From an uncultured Ruminococcus sp. (GTDB taxonomy: Bacteria > Bacillota > Clostridia > Oscillospirales > CAG-272): a stretch of 42,391 nucleotides of DNA. The notes below the pieces were generated by a model that had not been told where the DNA came from, did not search any database, and worked only from the letters and a program-made list of their open reading frames with translations. The position numbers and the translations under genes were made by a program. The stretch spans positions 1-42,391 of the forward strand of contig CACZVC010000001.1 in NCBI GenBank assembly GCA_902784545.1, in the 5' to 3' direction. Below are positions 27,421 through 37,421 of this stretch, piece after piece (within the stretch, counting starts at the first letter, position 1; each line of letters starts with the position of its first letter).

Positions 27421-28692
27421 TTACGCTTTGTTTTTATAATATGCTATTCTTTCCTTTATGTCCGGCATTTCGAGCGCGGTCTTGTCGGAAAACATAGCGT
27501 TTGAAAGATCCTTCGTCGCCTCGTTTTCTGCGCCTATCAGAGCGTAGGTCGCGTCTACAAGGTGGGCGTATAACGGATTGTCGAGCTGGCGGCAGATGAA
27601 TTCCTGACGCGGTGAGTTTATATCAACGCCGCTGATCTGGAAGAAATTGTATCTGTCGCAGTACGACATAACGCGCCTTAACTGATCCTCCGTGTTCCTC
27701 GTCGGCATATAGGTCACGGCGTCGAAGCCGAGCTCTTTAAGAGTGTCGAATAAAAGCGGCAGATAATCGTCTTCAAACTTCTGCGCTTTTTTGTCGCCCG
27801 TTACGGAATCGCCGACATCGCCGAGATACGCGTAAGCGGATATTGCTCCGCTCTTGTCGCAGGTATCTATATAATCGTATACGCTCGGGCATTCCTCGTC
27901 GGCGTCGATGTAGAATTTCTCCACCATTTCCGCCTTCAATGCGCCTAAAATATCGTATTCATAGAAATCGGGCGTGTTGTTTCCGTTCAGGATCTGACCT
28001 TCGACCTTTGCGGACATTGCGACGTGCATATCGTTTTTGAAGAAATCAACGACTTTCTCCGGAGTCGGATATTTAGCGGTGACTTTCTTCGCAAGCGCGA
28101 AAAGTATGTGCCTCTCCGTCACGGAGCCGCCCTCCGCGGCTTTTGACAGCGGCAGAACGTCGCGGTCGAAATCAAGCTCAAGACCGTAGGGAGCGACAAG
28201 CTCCGTTATGTTTTTACACATTTTGCGGTTGCGCTCGTTTCTCTTCGCACGGTACGGCGCTATGAATTCCTCGATCATATCTATGCTCTGATGAGGGATC
28301 CCGTGAAGCGCGACGTAAGCTACGGATTTCTGATCGGGGTTGTTTATCTTTTTGCCGTTCAGAGCCGTTTTGCTCATATCGCATCTTATTTCCATACCGC
28401 AGGTTATCGGCATTTCAAGTATCTTGCCGGCTTCGATGAACTCCCTGATACCGCCGACGGAATCGTGATCCATTATACCGGCTGTCTTCAAACCCGCCTG
28501 CCACGCCATATAAAGCGCCTTTGTCGGCGAGTAGGGAGAAAACGAATACTGCGTATGGATATGGTTGTTGACGTAAGGTGTGTCGGCGGGCTTCGGAAGC
28601 TTGCCTTCGTCGGTAAGCTTCTTTATCTCGCGCAGCGCGTCAAGGCGCACGTTTACGTCGTTATCGTTCAATCTTTCAATAAGCAGAGACAT
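27421..28692 (-). CDS. PHP-domain metal-dependent phosphoesterase
   Basis: 423-aa ORF with the PHP signature NNHIHTQYS...AGIMDHDSVGG. GGAGG SD directly after the upstream stop. Confidence 0.75.
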   Translation of the reverse strand: MSLLIERLNDNDVNVRLDALREIKKLTDEGKLPKPADTPYVNNHIHTQYSFSPYSPTKALYMAWQAGLKTAGIMDHDSVGGIREFIEAGKILEMPITCGMEIRCDMSKTALNGKKINNPDQKSVAYVALHGIPHQSIDMIEEFIAPYRAKRNERNRKMCKNITELVAPYGLELDFDRDVLPLSKAAEGGSVTERHILFALAKKVTAKYPTPEKVVDFFKNDMHVAMSAKVEGQILNGNNTPDFYEYDILGALKAEMVEKFYIDADEECPSVYDYIDTCDKSGAISAYAYLGDVGDSVTGDKKAQKFEDDYLPLLFDTLKELGFDAVTYMPTRNTEDQLRRVMSYCDRYNFFQISGVDINSPRQEFICRQLDNPLYAHLVDATYALIGAENEATKDLSNAMFSDKTALEMPDIKERIAYYKNKA

Positions 28693-28703
28693 GATATCCT
28701 CCG

Positions 28704-30689
28704 TCAGTTGAGCATTATCTGACCGCCGGTCACGGGAACCGCCTGACCGGTCTCATACTTCTGCTCCACAACGTAGGTTATGGCGCGGGCGACGTCGGCG
28801 GGCAGACAGCCGCGTTTGATCGGCGTTTTGCTCATATAGAACGCTCTGACGTCTTCGACAGTCTTTGCACCGGGGACCTTGCCGGCGTTGAGGTACTGAA
28901 CGAACAGACCTTTTACCGGGTCGCTCCACAGCGGACCGTCGAGATAGTTGCCCGGGCAGACCGCGTTGACTTTGATGTTGTAGTCGATAAGCTCGAGCGC
29001 GAAGGACTGGGTAAGACCTATGCCGCCGAATTTGGAACCGGCGTACGCAAAGTTCTTGTTGGAGCCTTCAAGACCGGACTTGGAGTTGACCGTTACGATA
29101 TCAGCCATATATCCGGGAGCGAATCTGTGCTGTATCTTCATATATCTGCTCGCGTATTTCGTGCAGAGATAATAACCGGTGTAGTTTATCGCGGTGACGA
29201 GCTCGAAGCGCTGCTTCGTCATTTCCTCAACGTTTCCGGCTATCGCTATACCGGCGTTGGAAACGAACACGTCTATGCCGCCGAAAGTAAGAACGGTGTC
29301 GATAAGCATGCTTTCGACAAGCTCTTCGTTCGATACGTCAACGTTTACCGCCATCGCTTTGTTTCCGCCGTTCGCCTCGTTTATCTCGTCGACGACCTTT
29401 GCGGAAAGCTCCGCCTGCTTCGGTATATCGGCGATTACGACGTATGCGCCGTCCTTTGCAAGCTCCTCGGCTATGCCCTTGCCGAAGCCCTGAGCGGAAC
29501 CGGTCACGACCGTGATCTTCTCCGCAAGACGCTTTGTTCCGGCGCCGGCGAGGGAGACCTTCGAGCGGTACGATTCAACTTCCCAGTTCGTGATGAAGTC
29601 TATAAGCTCGTCGGACATGGGATTGTAGCCGCCGAACGCCTCGGCGTAAACGGCTATCTTCATCATATCCATAAATACTTCCGCGGCGACCTTTGCGTTC
29701 TTATGCGTGGTGCCTATGGAGAACATACCGATGTTCTGAACTATGACTATTTTCGGCTTGTAGCCGCGCTTTGTTTCAAATTCTTCAAATCCGGCTTTGA
29801 TATCGGCGTAGATCTGTTCGATATCGTCTTTATCCTCGATATAAAGAGCGTAAGCCTTGCAGTAAACTATATGGTCGGGCGAATAGCTCTTGTAAAGCGG
29901 CTCGAACGCTTCTCTGCTTGCGGAGAAGTTTATGACCTCGGCGTTAGCCGTGAACAGCACGCTGCAAAGCTCTGTCTGCGAATAAAGCATCCTTATAGCC
30001 GGGGCTATGAGCGAAGCGCGTCTTCTGTCGACTTCGACCTCGGAAAAATCGGGCTCTCTCTTTACGCAGGCTTTGAGCTTGTCCATAACGTCGGCGACGA
30101 CTTTGTCGAGCTCTTCAACGGAATCAGCACCGAAGAAAATGCCGTGATTTTCAAGGAAAATGACGTTCGGCGTTTTGTTGTGCGTGTTCACGTATTCAAG
30201 CACAGCTTTTCTGCAGTACGCGGCGAGAATATAGCCCGGCTTTGTCGACGGTACCCAGATGGCGTCCGGGAAAAGCCTGAACATAGCCTCGCTGCCCTCC
30301 TTCGAGCAGGTAAGACCGTTTACGAGCGCGGGATGAACGTGCAGAACGAACTGCTGTTTCAGCAGATTATGGAGCAGAGTTTCAACGCTCGGGCGTTTCG
30401 CTTCCTCGCCCTTGCAGCGTGCGTCCATCATATCCGACAATACGGCGGCTTCTCTTTCAGCCTCGTCGATCGGATACGTTTTCTGCCACATGGCGTCGAG
30501 CGCCGCTCTGTTCATTTTTACGAACTGTTCGGGCTTTATAGTGGAAAGCGACGAGCCGGAGCCTTTTATAAACAGAAATTCATCTGTTTTAAAGGATGTG
30601 TTTCCGCCGCCGGCGAGAACAAATTCGGGATTTGAGCCGTACTTGTGGGAAAATTCAACAAGACAGGCAAGACCTTCATTGATAGTCAT
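28704..30689 (-). CDS. Bifunctional class II aldolase / short-chain dehydrogenase (YuxG/RhaEW-like fusion)
   Basis: 661-aa ORF with an N-terminal aldolase-like domain of about 400 aa. The C-terminal SDR has VTGSAQGFGKGIAEEL (TGxxxGxG) and YAGSK (YxxxK). Confidence 0.85.
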   Translation of the reverse strand: MTINEGLACLVEFSHKYGSNPEFVLAGGGNTSFKTDEFLFIKGSGSSLSTIKPEQFVKMNRAALDAMWQKTYPIDEAEREAAVLSDMMDARCKGEEAKRPSVETLLHNLLKQQFVLHVHPALVNGLTCSKEGSEAMFRLFPDAIWVPSTKPGYILAAYCRKAVLEYVNTHNKTPNVIFLENHGIFFGADSVEELDKVVADVMDKLKACVKREPDFSEVEVDRRRASLIAPAIRMLYSQTELCSVLFTANAEVINFSASREAFEPLYKSYSPDHIVYCKAYALYIEDKDDIEQIYADIKAGFEEFETKRGYKPKIVIVQNIGMFSIGTTHKNAKVAAEVFMDMMKIAVYAEAFGGYNPMSDELIDFITNWEVESYRSKVSLAGAGTKRLAEKITVVTGSAQGFGKGIAEELAKDGAYVVIADIPKQAELSAKVVDEINEANGGNKAMAVNVDVSNEELVESMLIDTVLTFGGIDVFVSNAGIAIAGNVEEMTKQRFELVTAINYTGYYLCTKYASRYMKIQHRFAPGYMADIVTVNSKSGLEGSNKNFAYAGSKFGGIGLTQSFALELIDYNIKVNAVCPGNYLDGPLWSDPVKGLFVQYLNAGKVPGAKTVEDVRAFYMSKTPIKRGCLPADVARAITYVVEQKYETGQAVPVTGGQIMLN

Positions 30690-30720
30690 GATAAATTATC
30701 CTTTCAGTATTATTGTTTAT

Positions 30721-31995
30721 TCAGATTTTCTTGGCGTGCGCAAGAAGATATTTTTCAGCCTCAGCGCTCCACAGACCGTTGTTGGAATCGACTATCTTCG
30801 CAAGCTCAGCCATGACGGGATCGGTCTCGCCGAGCTTCGCCATATCGGAAAGCGCGGTAAGCGGCATATCTATATGCGTGTAAACGAGCTTTTTGCCGCC
30901 CGGTATCTTGTCGAGGTCTATCGTTGTGGAAACGACGGCGTTAAGACCGCCAACGTGCGTGATCATAGCCGACGGATTGAGTCTGCCCTGTCTCATAAGA
31001 TCGACGTATTCAAGCATATCGTCCGTGTTGCCGCCGCTCGTGCCGACGATGTGAGTCGAGCTGTAATGTACGTTATAGAAGTTGAACATTGCCGAGAAAT
31101 CCGTTTTTGTCGGGCCGGCGAAGAAGTTGAGACAGCCGTCGACGCCTAAAAGCGCGTCGCCCTGCTCGACGACCGGCTTGACCGGCGCGAATACGAATAC
31201 GTCGTCAAAACCCTTTCCGCCGGTAAGAGCGAGGATGTTTTCGTTAGTGTTTTCGGGATGCGCCTGTGTGTTTGTGTTGAGGTATACGAGCTTTACGCCG
31301 TTTGCCGCCGCGTCCTCTACCGTGTAGATCTTAGACGCGCGCTGAAGTCTCGCGTCGTCAATATCGGTGACTACGAGCAGTCCGGGACGTCTGTCGCCGT
31401 GGATAGCGTAGTCGATTGCGCCCAAGCCCATGGGTCCGACGCCGGCGAGTATCGCGCAGTTTCCGCCCTCGACTATACCCATCGAATGGACGTATTTGCC
31501 GCGCGTGGTGTGATAGTTGGCGTGGAATCCGCCGATTATACAGGACATAGGCTCGGACAGACTGCCGTAGAAAAACGCATCTCCGTTGTACGGAAGCAGG
31601 CAGTTGAGCTCCATAACTGCATTCGGAATAATAACATAAGTCGCGTCGCCGCCGATATATCTGAATGAATAACCGGGAGCGGCAAGCGGATCGTCCTTCT
31701 GATTCAGCGCCGGCTGGATCGTGAATTTATCGCCCGCTTTATATTTGTCAGCCCATTTCGCGCCGACTTTTTCGATAACGCCGCAGAATTCGTGACCGAT
31801 TATAACGGGGTTTTCCGCCACGTCTTCGGGTACTCTCTTGTGATTTTTACCCTGCATTGCCGCTTTATGCGAGGACATGCAGATACTGTCGGATACGATC
31901 TTCGCAAGTATTTCGTCTTCTTTGAGTTCGGGAAGCTCGAATTCATCAAGTCTCAGGTCGTTTACACCGTACAGTCTGACTGCTTTGGTTTTCAT
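30721..31995 (-). CDS. Zinc-dependent medium-chain dehydrogenase/reductase (polyol or sugar-phosphate dehydrogenase-like)
   Basis: 424-aa ORF with a GHEFCGVIEKVG zinc motif and an AGVGPMGLGAIDYA nucleotide fold. AAGGAG SD. Confidence 0.8.
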   Translation of the reverse strand: MKTKAVRLYGVNDLRLDEFELPELKEDEILAKIVSDSICMSSHKAAMQGKNHKRVPEDVAENPVIIGHEFCGVIEKVGAKWADKYKAGDKFTIQPALNQKDDPLAAPGYSFRYIGGDATYVIIPNAVMELNCLLPYNGDAFFYGSLSEPMSCIIGGFHANYHTTRGKYVHSMGIVEGGNCAILAGVGPMGLGAIDYAIHGDRRPGLLVVTDIDDARLQRASKIYTVEDAAANGVKLVYLNTNTQAHPENTNENILALTGGKGFDDVFVFAPVKPVVEQGDALLGVDGCLNFFAGPTKTDFSAMFNFYNVHYSSTHIVGTSGGNTDDMLEYVDLMRQGRLNPSAMITHVGGLNAVVSTTIDLDKIPGGKKLVYTHIDMPLTALSDMAKLGETDPVMAELAKIVDSNNGLWSAEAEKYLLAHAKKI

Positions 31996-32023
31996 GTTTT
32001 TTACTCCTTTATTTTAATACTGA

Positions 32024-33739
32024 CTATTTATTTGTAAAATCCTTATTTCGGATATCTACACGTTTTATTTTGCCGCTCGACGTTTTCGGCAGCTCGTCAA
32101 CAAACTCGACTATACGCGGATATTTGTAAGGCGCGGTGTGAGTTTTTACGTAATTCTGGATCTCCTTTGCAAGCTCGTCCGACGGCTGATAACCTTTTGT
32201 AAGCACTATCGTGGCTTTGACGACCATTCCGCGTATCTCGTGCGGAACGCCCGTTACGGCGCATTCAAGCACGGCGGGATGCTCCATAATAACGCTTTCG
32301 ACCTCGAACGGACCTATGCGGTAGCCTGACGATTTGATAACGTCGTCTTTTCTGCCGACGTACCAGTAATAACCGTCCTCGTCGCGCCACGCTATGTCGC
32401 CGGTGTGGTAATAACCGCCCTCCCAGACCTTAGCCGTGCTTTCGGGATCCCTGTAATATTCTATCAGCAGTCCCGCGGGATGCTTTCCGTCGCGTTTTCT
32501 TATAACTATCTCGCCGTTTTCGCCGGGCGCGGTCGATCTTCCCTGATCGTCGACGACGTCGACGTCGAGATACGGGACCGGCAGACCCATCGAGCCGACT
32601 TTCGGCTCTGTATAATACGGCGTGCAGACGATAACGGACGATTCCGACTGACCGAAGCCCTCCATAAGCTTCAGCCCCGTCGCTTCCTTGAACTGATTGA
32701 ACACCTCGGGGTTGAGCGCCTCGCCCGCGATAGCCGCGTTTTTGATGGAAGAAAGATCGTATTTTTTAAGATCTTCCTTTATAAGAAATCTGTATATAGT
32801 CGGCGGCGCGCAGAAGGTCGTCGGCTTGTATTTCTGCAGCATTTCAAGCATATCCGCGGCGTTGAATTTCTCGTGATCGTAAACGAGCTGCGCGGAGCCG
32901 CCCATAAGCTGACCGTACATTTTGCCCCAGCCGGTCTTCGCCCAGCCGGTATCGGCGACGGTTATGTGAAGTCCGCCGTCTATGACTCTGTGCCAGTAAA
33001 CGCCGGTGAAAATATGGGCGAGCGGATATAAGAAATTATGCGCAGCCATTTTAGGCATTCCGTTTGTGCCTGAGGTGAAGAATATCAACATCCTGTCGCT
33101 GCTTTTCGGCATATCCTCGCCGGTCGGCTTTTTGAACGGAGCGGCGTTTTCGATACCCTTGTCAAACGACAACCAGCCTTCGCGTTCGCCCCTGCAAAGG
33201 ATCTTACACTTCAACGTGTCAGTCGCCTTTTCAGCGTTCTCTATATGCTGTATGACCTGCGGGTCGTTTGCGGCGATGATAGCCGAAACTCCCGCGGCGT
33301 TGAATCTGTATATATAATCCTTGTCCTGAAGCTGATACGTGGCGGGTATCGCTATCGCGCCTATCTTGTGGAGCGCGGCGTAGCTGTACCAGAATTCGAA
33401 GTGCCGCTTCAAAACGAGCATAACGCGGTCGCCTTTTCTGATACCGACGCTCAGAAGGAACGAAGCGAGCGCGTCGCTCTTTTCCGACCATTCCTTATAC
33501 GTGATACTTTTTTCAAATCCCTTGTCGTTCACGTACATTATCGCCAGTCTGTCCGGCTCGCGCTCGGCTACGTAGTCGATATGGTCGTAGGCGAAATTGA
33601 ATTCGACGCCTTCCTTAAGTTTATATTCGGATAAATGACCTTTTTCGTCAAACTTTTCATCAACAAATCTTTTGTAATAAATCACCTGTGTATACTCTTT
33701 CCGTATGGCATAAATTTTACCAAATACATTATACTGCAT
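32024..33739 (-). CDS. AMP-forming acyl-CoA synthetase (medium/short-chain type)
   Basis: AMP-binding motif FFTSGTNGMPK, plus YHTGD and SSGKIKR. ATG 33739 has no SD. GTG 33685, preceded by GGAAAGAG, is a plausible alternative start. Confidence 0.85.
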   Translation of the reverse strand: MQYNVFGKIYAIRKEYTQVIYYKRFVDEKFDEKGHLSEYKLKEGVEFNFAYDHIDYVAEREPDRLAIMYVNDKGFEKSITYKEWSEKSDALASFLLSVGIRKGDRVMLVLKRHFEFWYSYAALHKIGAIAIPATYQLQDKDYIYRFNAAGVSAIIAANDPQVIQHIENAEKATDTLKCKILCRGEREGWLSFDKGIENAAPFKKPTGEDMPKSSDRMLIFFTSGTNGMPKMAAHNFLYPLAHIFTGVYWHRVIDGGLHITVADTGWAKTGWGKMYGQLMGGSAQLVYDHEKFNAADMLEMLQKYKPTTFCAPPTIYRFLIKEDLKKYDLSSIKNAAIAGEALNPEVFNQFKEATGLKLMEGFGQSESSVIVCTPYYTEPKVGSMGLPVPYLDVDVVDDQGRSTAPGENGEIVIRKRDGKHPAGLLIEYYRDPESTAKVWEGGYYHTGDIAWRDEDGYYWYVGRKDDVIKSSGYRIGPFEVESVIMEHPAVLECAVTGVPHEIRGMVVKATIVLTKGYQPSDELAKEIQNYVKTHTAPYKYPRIVEFVDELPKTSSGKIKRVDIRNKDFTNK

Positions 33740-33850
33740 TTTATTGCAATACGCAATAGGAATAAATGAGAAAATTACTGAAATTTTTTAAATTATTTTA
33801 TATATATATTTTAAATTGCAATCCATCAAGAAAAATATACATTTGATAAC

Positions 33851-33878
33851 TTGACAAACACGTTTTTTTGTATATAAT
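33851..33878 (+). promoter_or_regulatory. Predicted sigma-A promoter for ligase-ACP-SBP operon
   Basis: TTGACA (33851-33856), 16-nt spacer, TATAAT (33873-33878), with a TG-containing TGTATATAAT context. Confidence 0.65.
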
Positions 33879-33928
33879 AATGCTATGGTGTGTCTTTATG
33901 CCAATTTGTTTTAATGACGGTATGTGAA

Positions 33929-35629
33929 ATGAATAAACCTTTTACGCCGAGAGATATAAAAAGTCTCTCATCCACAAAAGAGCTTGTTTATACCAACGCC
34001 GAACGCTTCGGCGACAAGCCTCTTTATATCTACGTCGAGAATAAGGAAAAAAAGACTTATACTTATAACGACAACAAGGAAACGTTCGATGCCTTCGGCA
34101 CCGCTCTGTTCCGGCTGGGACTCAACGGTAAAACCGTTTCCCTATGCTCCGATCAGCATCCGCACTGGATAGCGTCCTTCCTTTCCGTTATAGCCGCCGG
34201 CGGCGTGATCGTGCCTCTTGACAGGGAGCTTTTGCCGGAACAGCTTGCCGGATTTATAAAGCTTACCGAATCCGAAGCCGTGATCCTGTCCGCAAGAGAG
34301 CTTAAAATGCTTTCCGCGGAGCTGTCGGATATGACTTCGTTAAAGCATATAATCATAATCGGACAGGATACTATTCCAGAAGGCTTTGACGATGAAAGGA
34401 TAAAAACGTTTACCTCGCTCGTTGAAAAAGGAAAAGAGCTTCTGGCGTCGGGCGATACGGGATTTCTTGATTATGAAAGAGATAACAGATCAACCGCGTG
34501 CATCCTTTTTACGTCGGGAACGACCGGTACGAGCAAGGGCGTTATGCTCTCCGAATATAATATCCTGTTCTCTACCGTTCAGTGCTGCCGTATGGTCGCA
34601 AACGACGATAAGGACGTGTTCGTTTCCGTTTTGCCGATACATCATACTTTCGCGCTTACGACGAATCACCTTTCTATGTCGTATCTCGGCGGTACGACGT
34701 TTATGAACGATTCGCTGAAGCACACCTTCAAGAACATAACCGAAGTCAAGCCGACCTGTCTCATCCTCGTTCCTCTGTTTCTTGAAACGATGGATAAGAA
34801 AATATGGGACAACATAAAAAAACAAGGCAAGGAAAAACAGGTCAAGGCTCTTATGAAGATGTCGAACGCAATGCGCAAGACCGGCATAGATATGAGAAAG
34901 ACTTTGTTTGAGAAGATACTCAATAGCTTCGGCGGCAATCTGCACCACATCATCGTCGGCGGCGCTCCGCTCGATCCCGAGATAATACGCGATTTCGACG
35001 CGTTCGGTATAACCGTCGTTGAGGGCTACGGCATAACAGAATGTTGTCCTTTGATATCGGTCAACCCGTTCAGCAAACGCAAAATAGGCTCCGCGGGACT
35101 TGTAGCCGACGGACTTGAAGCGCGTATAGGCGACCCGAACGAGCTCGGCGAGGGCGAGATCCAGGTGCGCGGCGGAAACGTGTTTACCGGATATTATAAA
35201 AACGAGGAAGCCACGAAAGAGGCGTTTACCGATGACGGCTGGTTCTGCACCGGCGACATAGGCCGTATCGATAAGGATAATTATATATATATCACCGGCA
35301 GAAAGAAAAACGTGATAATCGCGTCGAACGGCAAAAACGTATATCCGGAGGAGCTTGAGGAATACCTGAACAAATCCGATATAATAAAAGAAGCCGCGGT
35401 GATCGGCAGGAATACAGCCGACGGCATAGTCATAACCGCGCTGATATACCCCGATAAGGACGTATGCGGCGATATGGACGATAAAGAACTTTATGAGAAG
35501 ATATTCTCTGAAATAAACTTGATAAACAAAGGCCTTCCGACCTTCAAGCACATTACGGCGCTCGAAATACGCGACAGAGAGTTTGAAAAGACGACGACCA
35601 GAAAGATCAAGCGTTTTCTCTTGAAGTAA
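33929..35629 (+). CDS. FadD-like long-chain fatty-acid AMP-ligase (CoA ligase or acyl-ACP synthetase)
   Basis: AMP-binding motif LFTSGTTGTSKGV, plus TGDIG and KIKR. The start is uncertain: ATG 33929 is preferred, ATG 33914 and GTG 33890 are possible, and the SD is weak. Confidence 0.85.
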   Translation: MNKPFTPRDIKSLSSTKELVYTNAERFGDKPLYIYVENKEKKTYTYNDNKETFDAFGTALFRLGLNGKTVSLCSDQHPHWIASFLSVIAAGGVIVPLDRELLPEQLAGFIKLTESEAVILSARELKMLSAELSDMTSLKHIIIIGQDTIPEGFDDERIKTFTSLVEKGKELLASGDTGFLDYERDNRSTACILFTSGTTGTSKGVMLSEYNILFSTVQCCRMVANDDKDVFVSVLPIHHTFALTTNHLSMSYLGGTTFMNDSLKHTFKNITEVKPTCLILVPLFLETMDKKIWDNIKKQGKEKQVKALMKMSNAMRKTGIDMRKTLFEKILNSFGGNLHHIIVGGAPLDPEIIRDFDAFGITVVEGYGITECCPLISVNPFSKRKIGSAGLVADGLEARIGDPNELGEGEIQVRGGNVFTGYYKNEEATKEAFTDDGWFCTGDIGRIDKDNYIYITGRKKNVIIASNGKNVYPEELEEYLNKSDIIKEAAVIGRNTADGIVITALIYPDKDVCGDMDDKELYEKIFSEINLINKGLPTFKHITALEIRDREFEKTTTRKIKRFLLK

Positions 35630-35647
35630 TTTTATGGGAGGTAACAT

Positions 35648-35881
35648 ATGTACGAGGAATTCAGACAGCTTCTTATCGACAAGCTCGAAATAGAGCCCGA
35701 TCTCATCAAGCCAGAAGCACAGCTTGCAAACGATCTCGGCATCAACTCACTTGAGCTTGCGGATCTTGTTCTCTTTTGCGAGGACAAATACGATATTGAA
35801 ATTGACGACGACGCTTTACAGAGCTTTATAACCGTAAACGATGTTGTTGAATATCTTTCCGGCTTGATCCAGAAAGCGTGA
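35648..35881 (+). CDS. Acyl carrier protein (phosphopantetheine-binding)
   Basis: 77-aa acidic ORF with the attachment motif DLGINSLELADLV. GGGAGG SD. It begins 18 nt after the ligase stop. Confidence 0.85.
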   Translation: MYEEFRQLLIDKLEIEPDLIKPEAQLANDLGINSLELADLVLFCEDKYDIEIDDDALQSFITVNDVVEYLSGLIQKA

Positions 35882-35910
35882 TTATTTGAAATATTTTAGG
35901 AGGTAAAACA

Positions 35911-37416
35911 ATGAAAAAATCCCTGATCATTTTGCTTTGCGCCCTGTTCGTTGTTTCCGCGTTTACGGCTTGCGCCAACAATCCGCAGGATACGACGCCC
36001 GGCAATGTAAGCACTACCGCCGCCGAGGACGGTACGGAAACGGAGCCCGTTGAGACCGAGGATCCGAACTATATCATGGATCCCGATACGGTCGCGAAAG
36101 CCGACCAGTACAAGGGCGAAACGCTTACCATTCTCGCCAACAGCGGCTTCTGGCCCGCGGACGATATTTTCAGAGAGAAAGACTCCGACGATCCCATCGA
36201 TTCCGCTATTTACAACAGAAACCTGGCTGTGACCGAAAGATACGGCTTCAATATAGAAGTCGTTGAAGACGAAAACGTGCAAACAACGCTCAAAAACGCT
36301 TTCAAATCCGGTATATCGGATTATGACGTCGCGGCGTTCTGCGCATACGAGGCGTGCCCGCTTGCCGCTGAAAACATATTCCAGGATCTTACCACGATCG
36401 AAAACCTCGATCTTAAAAAGCATTACTGGGACCAGGGCTTGTTTGAAGGTCTTTCGATAGACAACAAGCTGTTCTACATAACCGGCGATATTTCCACGAA
36501 AGCGAACGCCGGTACGTTCCTTATGATGTTCAACAAGAAGCTCGCAAGAGACTACGACCTTGAGGACCTTTATCAGGTCGTTCGTGAGGACAGATGGACC
36601 CTCGACTACCTGAACGGTATAATCAAGGAGCACGGCTATCAGGACAGAAACGGCAACTCCCAGGTCGACGTTGAAGACACCTTCGGTTTCGGTATCCAGA
36701 TCGAAGCTTATCTCGCGCTGTTCTTCGGCGCCGGCGGACGCATGGTTTTGAAGGACGCCGATCAGATGCCGTATCTCGACCTCAACACCGAAAAGAATAT
36801 AGCCATAATCGATAAGATATACGATCTTACCAGACTTGACAACAAGACGATAGACGCCCACGACCACCTGACCGAACCGCCGTACTCCACCGGCGAGGGC
36901 TTTGCGTCAACTGTCGCATTCAAACAGGACCGCTGCATATTCTATCTTTCCAACGCAGCCAACATAATCGGTCTGAGAGAGATGGACTCCGACTTCGGCG
37001 TTCTTCCCACTCCGAAATATGACAGCAGCCAGAAGGATTATTATTCCTACGTTTACCACGGCGCCGCTCTGTACGTCATACCCGTTATGAACAAGCGTAC
37101 CGCTTTCACCGGCTTTGCTCTCGAAGCGCTCGCCGCGGAGTCATACAAGACCGTAACGCCCGCTTACTACGAGCAGACGCTGAAACGTAAATCTCAGCGT
37201 GACGCCGATTCCTGGGATATGCTCGATATCGTTTTCAGAAACAGACTGTGGGATCTCGGCTACTATGCTAGCTGGGGCAATATAGACAATTTGTTCATTC
37301 AGCAGATCAAGAAAGGCACCGGCTCATTTGCGAAATGGTACAAGAGCCAGTCAAAGTCTACGACGAAGGCGATAGATAAATACGTAAAAGCGTATAAGGA
37401 ATCCGCTGAAAAGTAA
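35911..37416 (+). CDS. Extracellular solute-binding lipoprotein (ABC-type family, no cognate permease in window)
   Basis: Signal peptide with lipobox (VSAFTAC), then a Thr/Glu/Pro-rich linker, then a body of about 450 aa resembling large family-1 sugar/oligosaccharide SBPs. AGGAGG SD 29 nt after the ACP stop. Confidence 0.75.
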   Translation: MKKSLIILLCALFVVSAFTACANNPQDTTPGNVSTTAAEDGTETEPVETEDPNYIMDPDTVAKADQYKGETLTILANSGFWPADDIFREKDSDDPIDSAIYNRNLAVTERYGFNIEVVEDENVQTTLKNAFKSGISDYDVAAFCAYEACPLAAENIFQDLTTIENLDLKKHYWDQGLFEGLSIDNKLFYITGDISTKANAGTFLMMFNKKLARDYDLEDLYQVVREDRWTLDYLNGIIKEHGYQDRNGNSQVDVEDTFGFGIQIEAYLALFFGAGGRMVLKDADQMPYLDLNTEKNIAIIDKIYDLTRLDNKTIDAHDHLTEPPYSTGEGFASTVAFKQDRCIFYLSNAANIIGLREMDSDFGVLPTPKYDSSQKDYYSYVYHGAALYVIPVMNKRTAFTGFALEALAAESYKTVTPAYYEQTLKRKSQRDADSWDMLDIVFRNRLWDLGYYASWGNIDNLFIQQIKKGTGSFAKWYKSQSKSTTKAIDKYVKAYKESAEK

Positions 37417-37421
37417 TCAGA

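Noticed and set aside
29127-30635. A 502-aa plus-strand ORF, the longest unassigned ORF in the track.
   Set aside because: It lies entirely antisense to the well-supported aldolase/SDR gene. Its translation is Arg/Val/Leu/Tyr/Phe/His-rich with no motifs, no SD and no promoter. An open antisense frame is expected when the sense gene avoids TTA, CTA and TCA codons. I treat it as a codon-bias artefact.
34490-35647. A 385-aa minus-strand ORF ending exactly next to the ACP start.
   Set aside because: It is antisense to the FadD-like ligase, which has clear AMP-binding motifs. It shows the same low-complexity antisense composition, and the adjacency to the ACP start is coincidental.
35896-36867. 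A 323-aa minus-strand ORF.
   Set aside because: It is antisense to the lipoprotein SBP gene, which has a signal peptide, lipobox and SD. No start context or recognisable domain is present. The same reasoning applies to 2259-3053, 10248-10841, 24044-24547, 32405-33031, 38437-39150 and 40122-40679.
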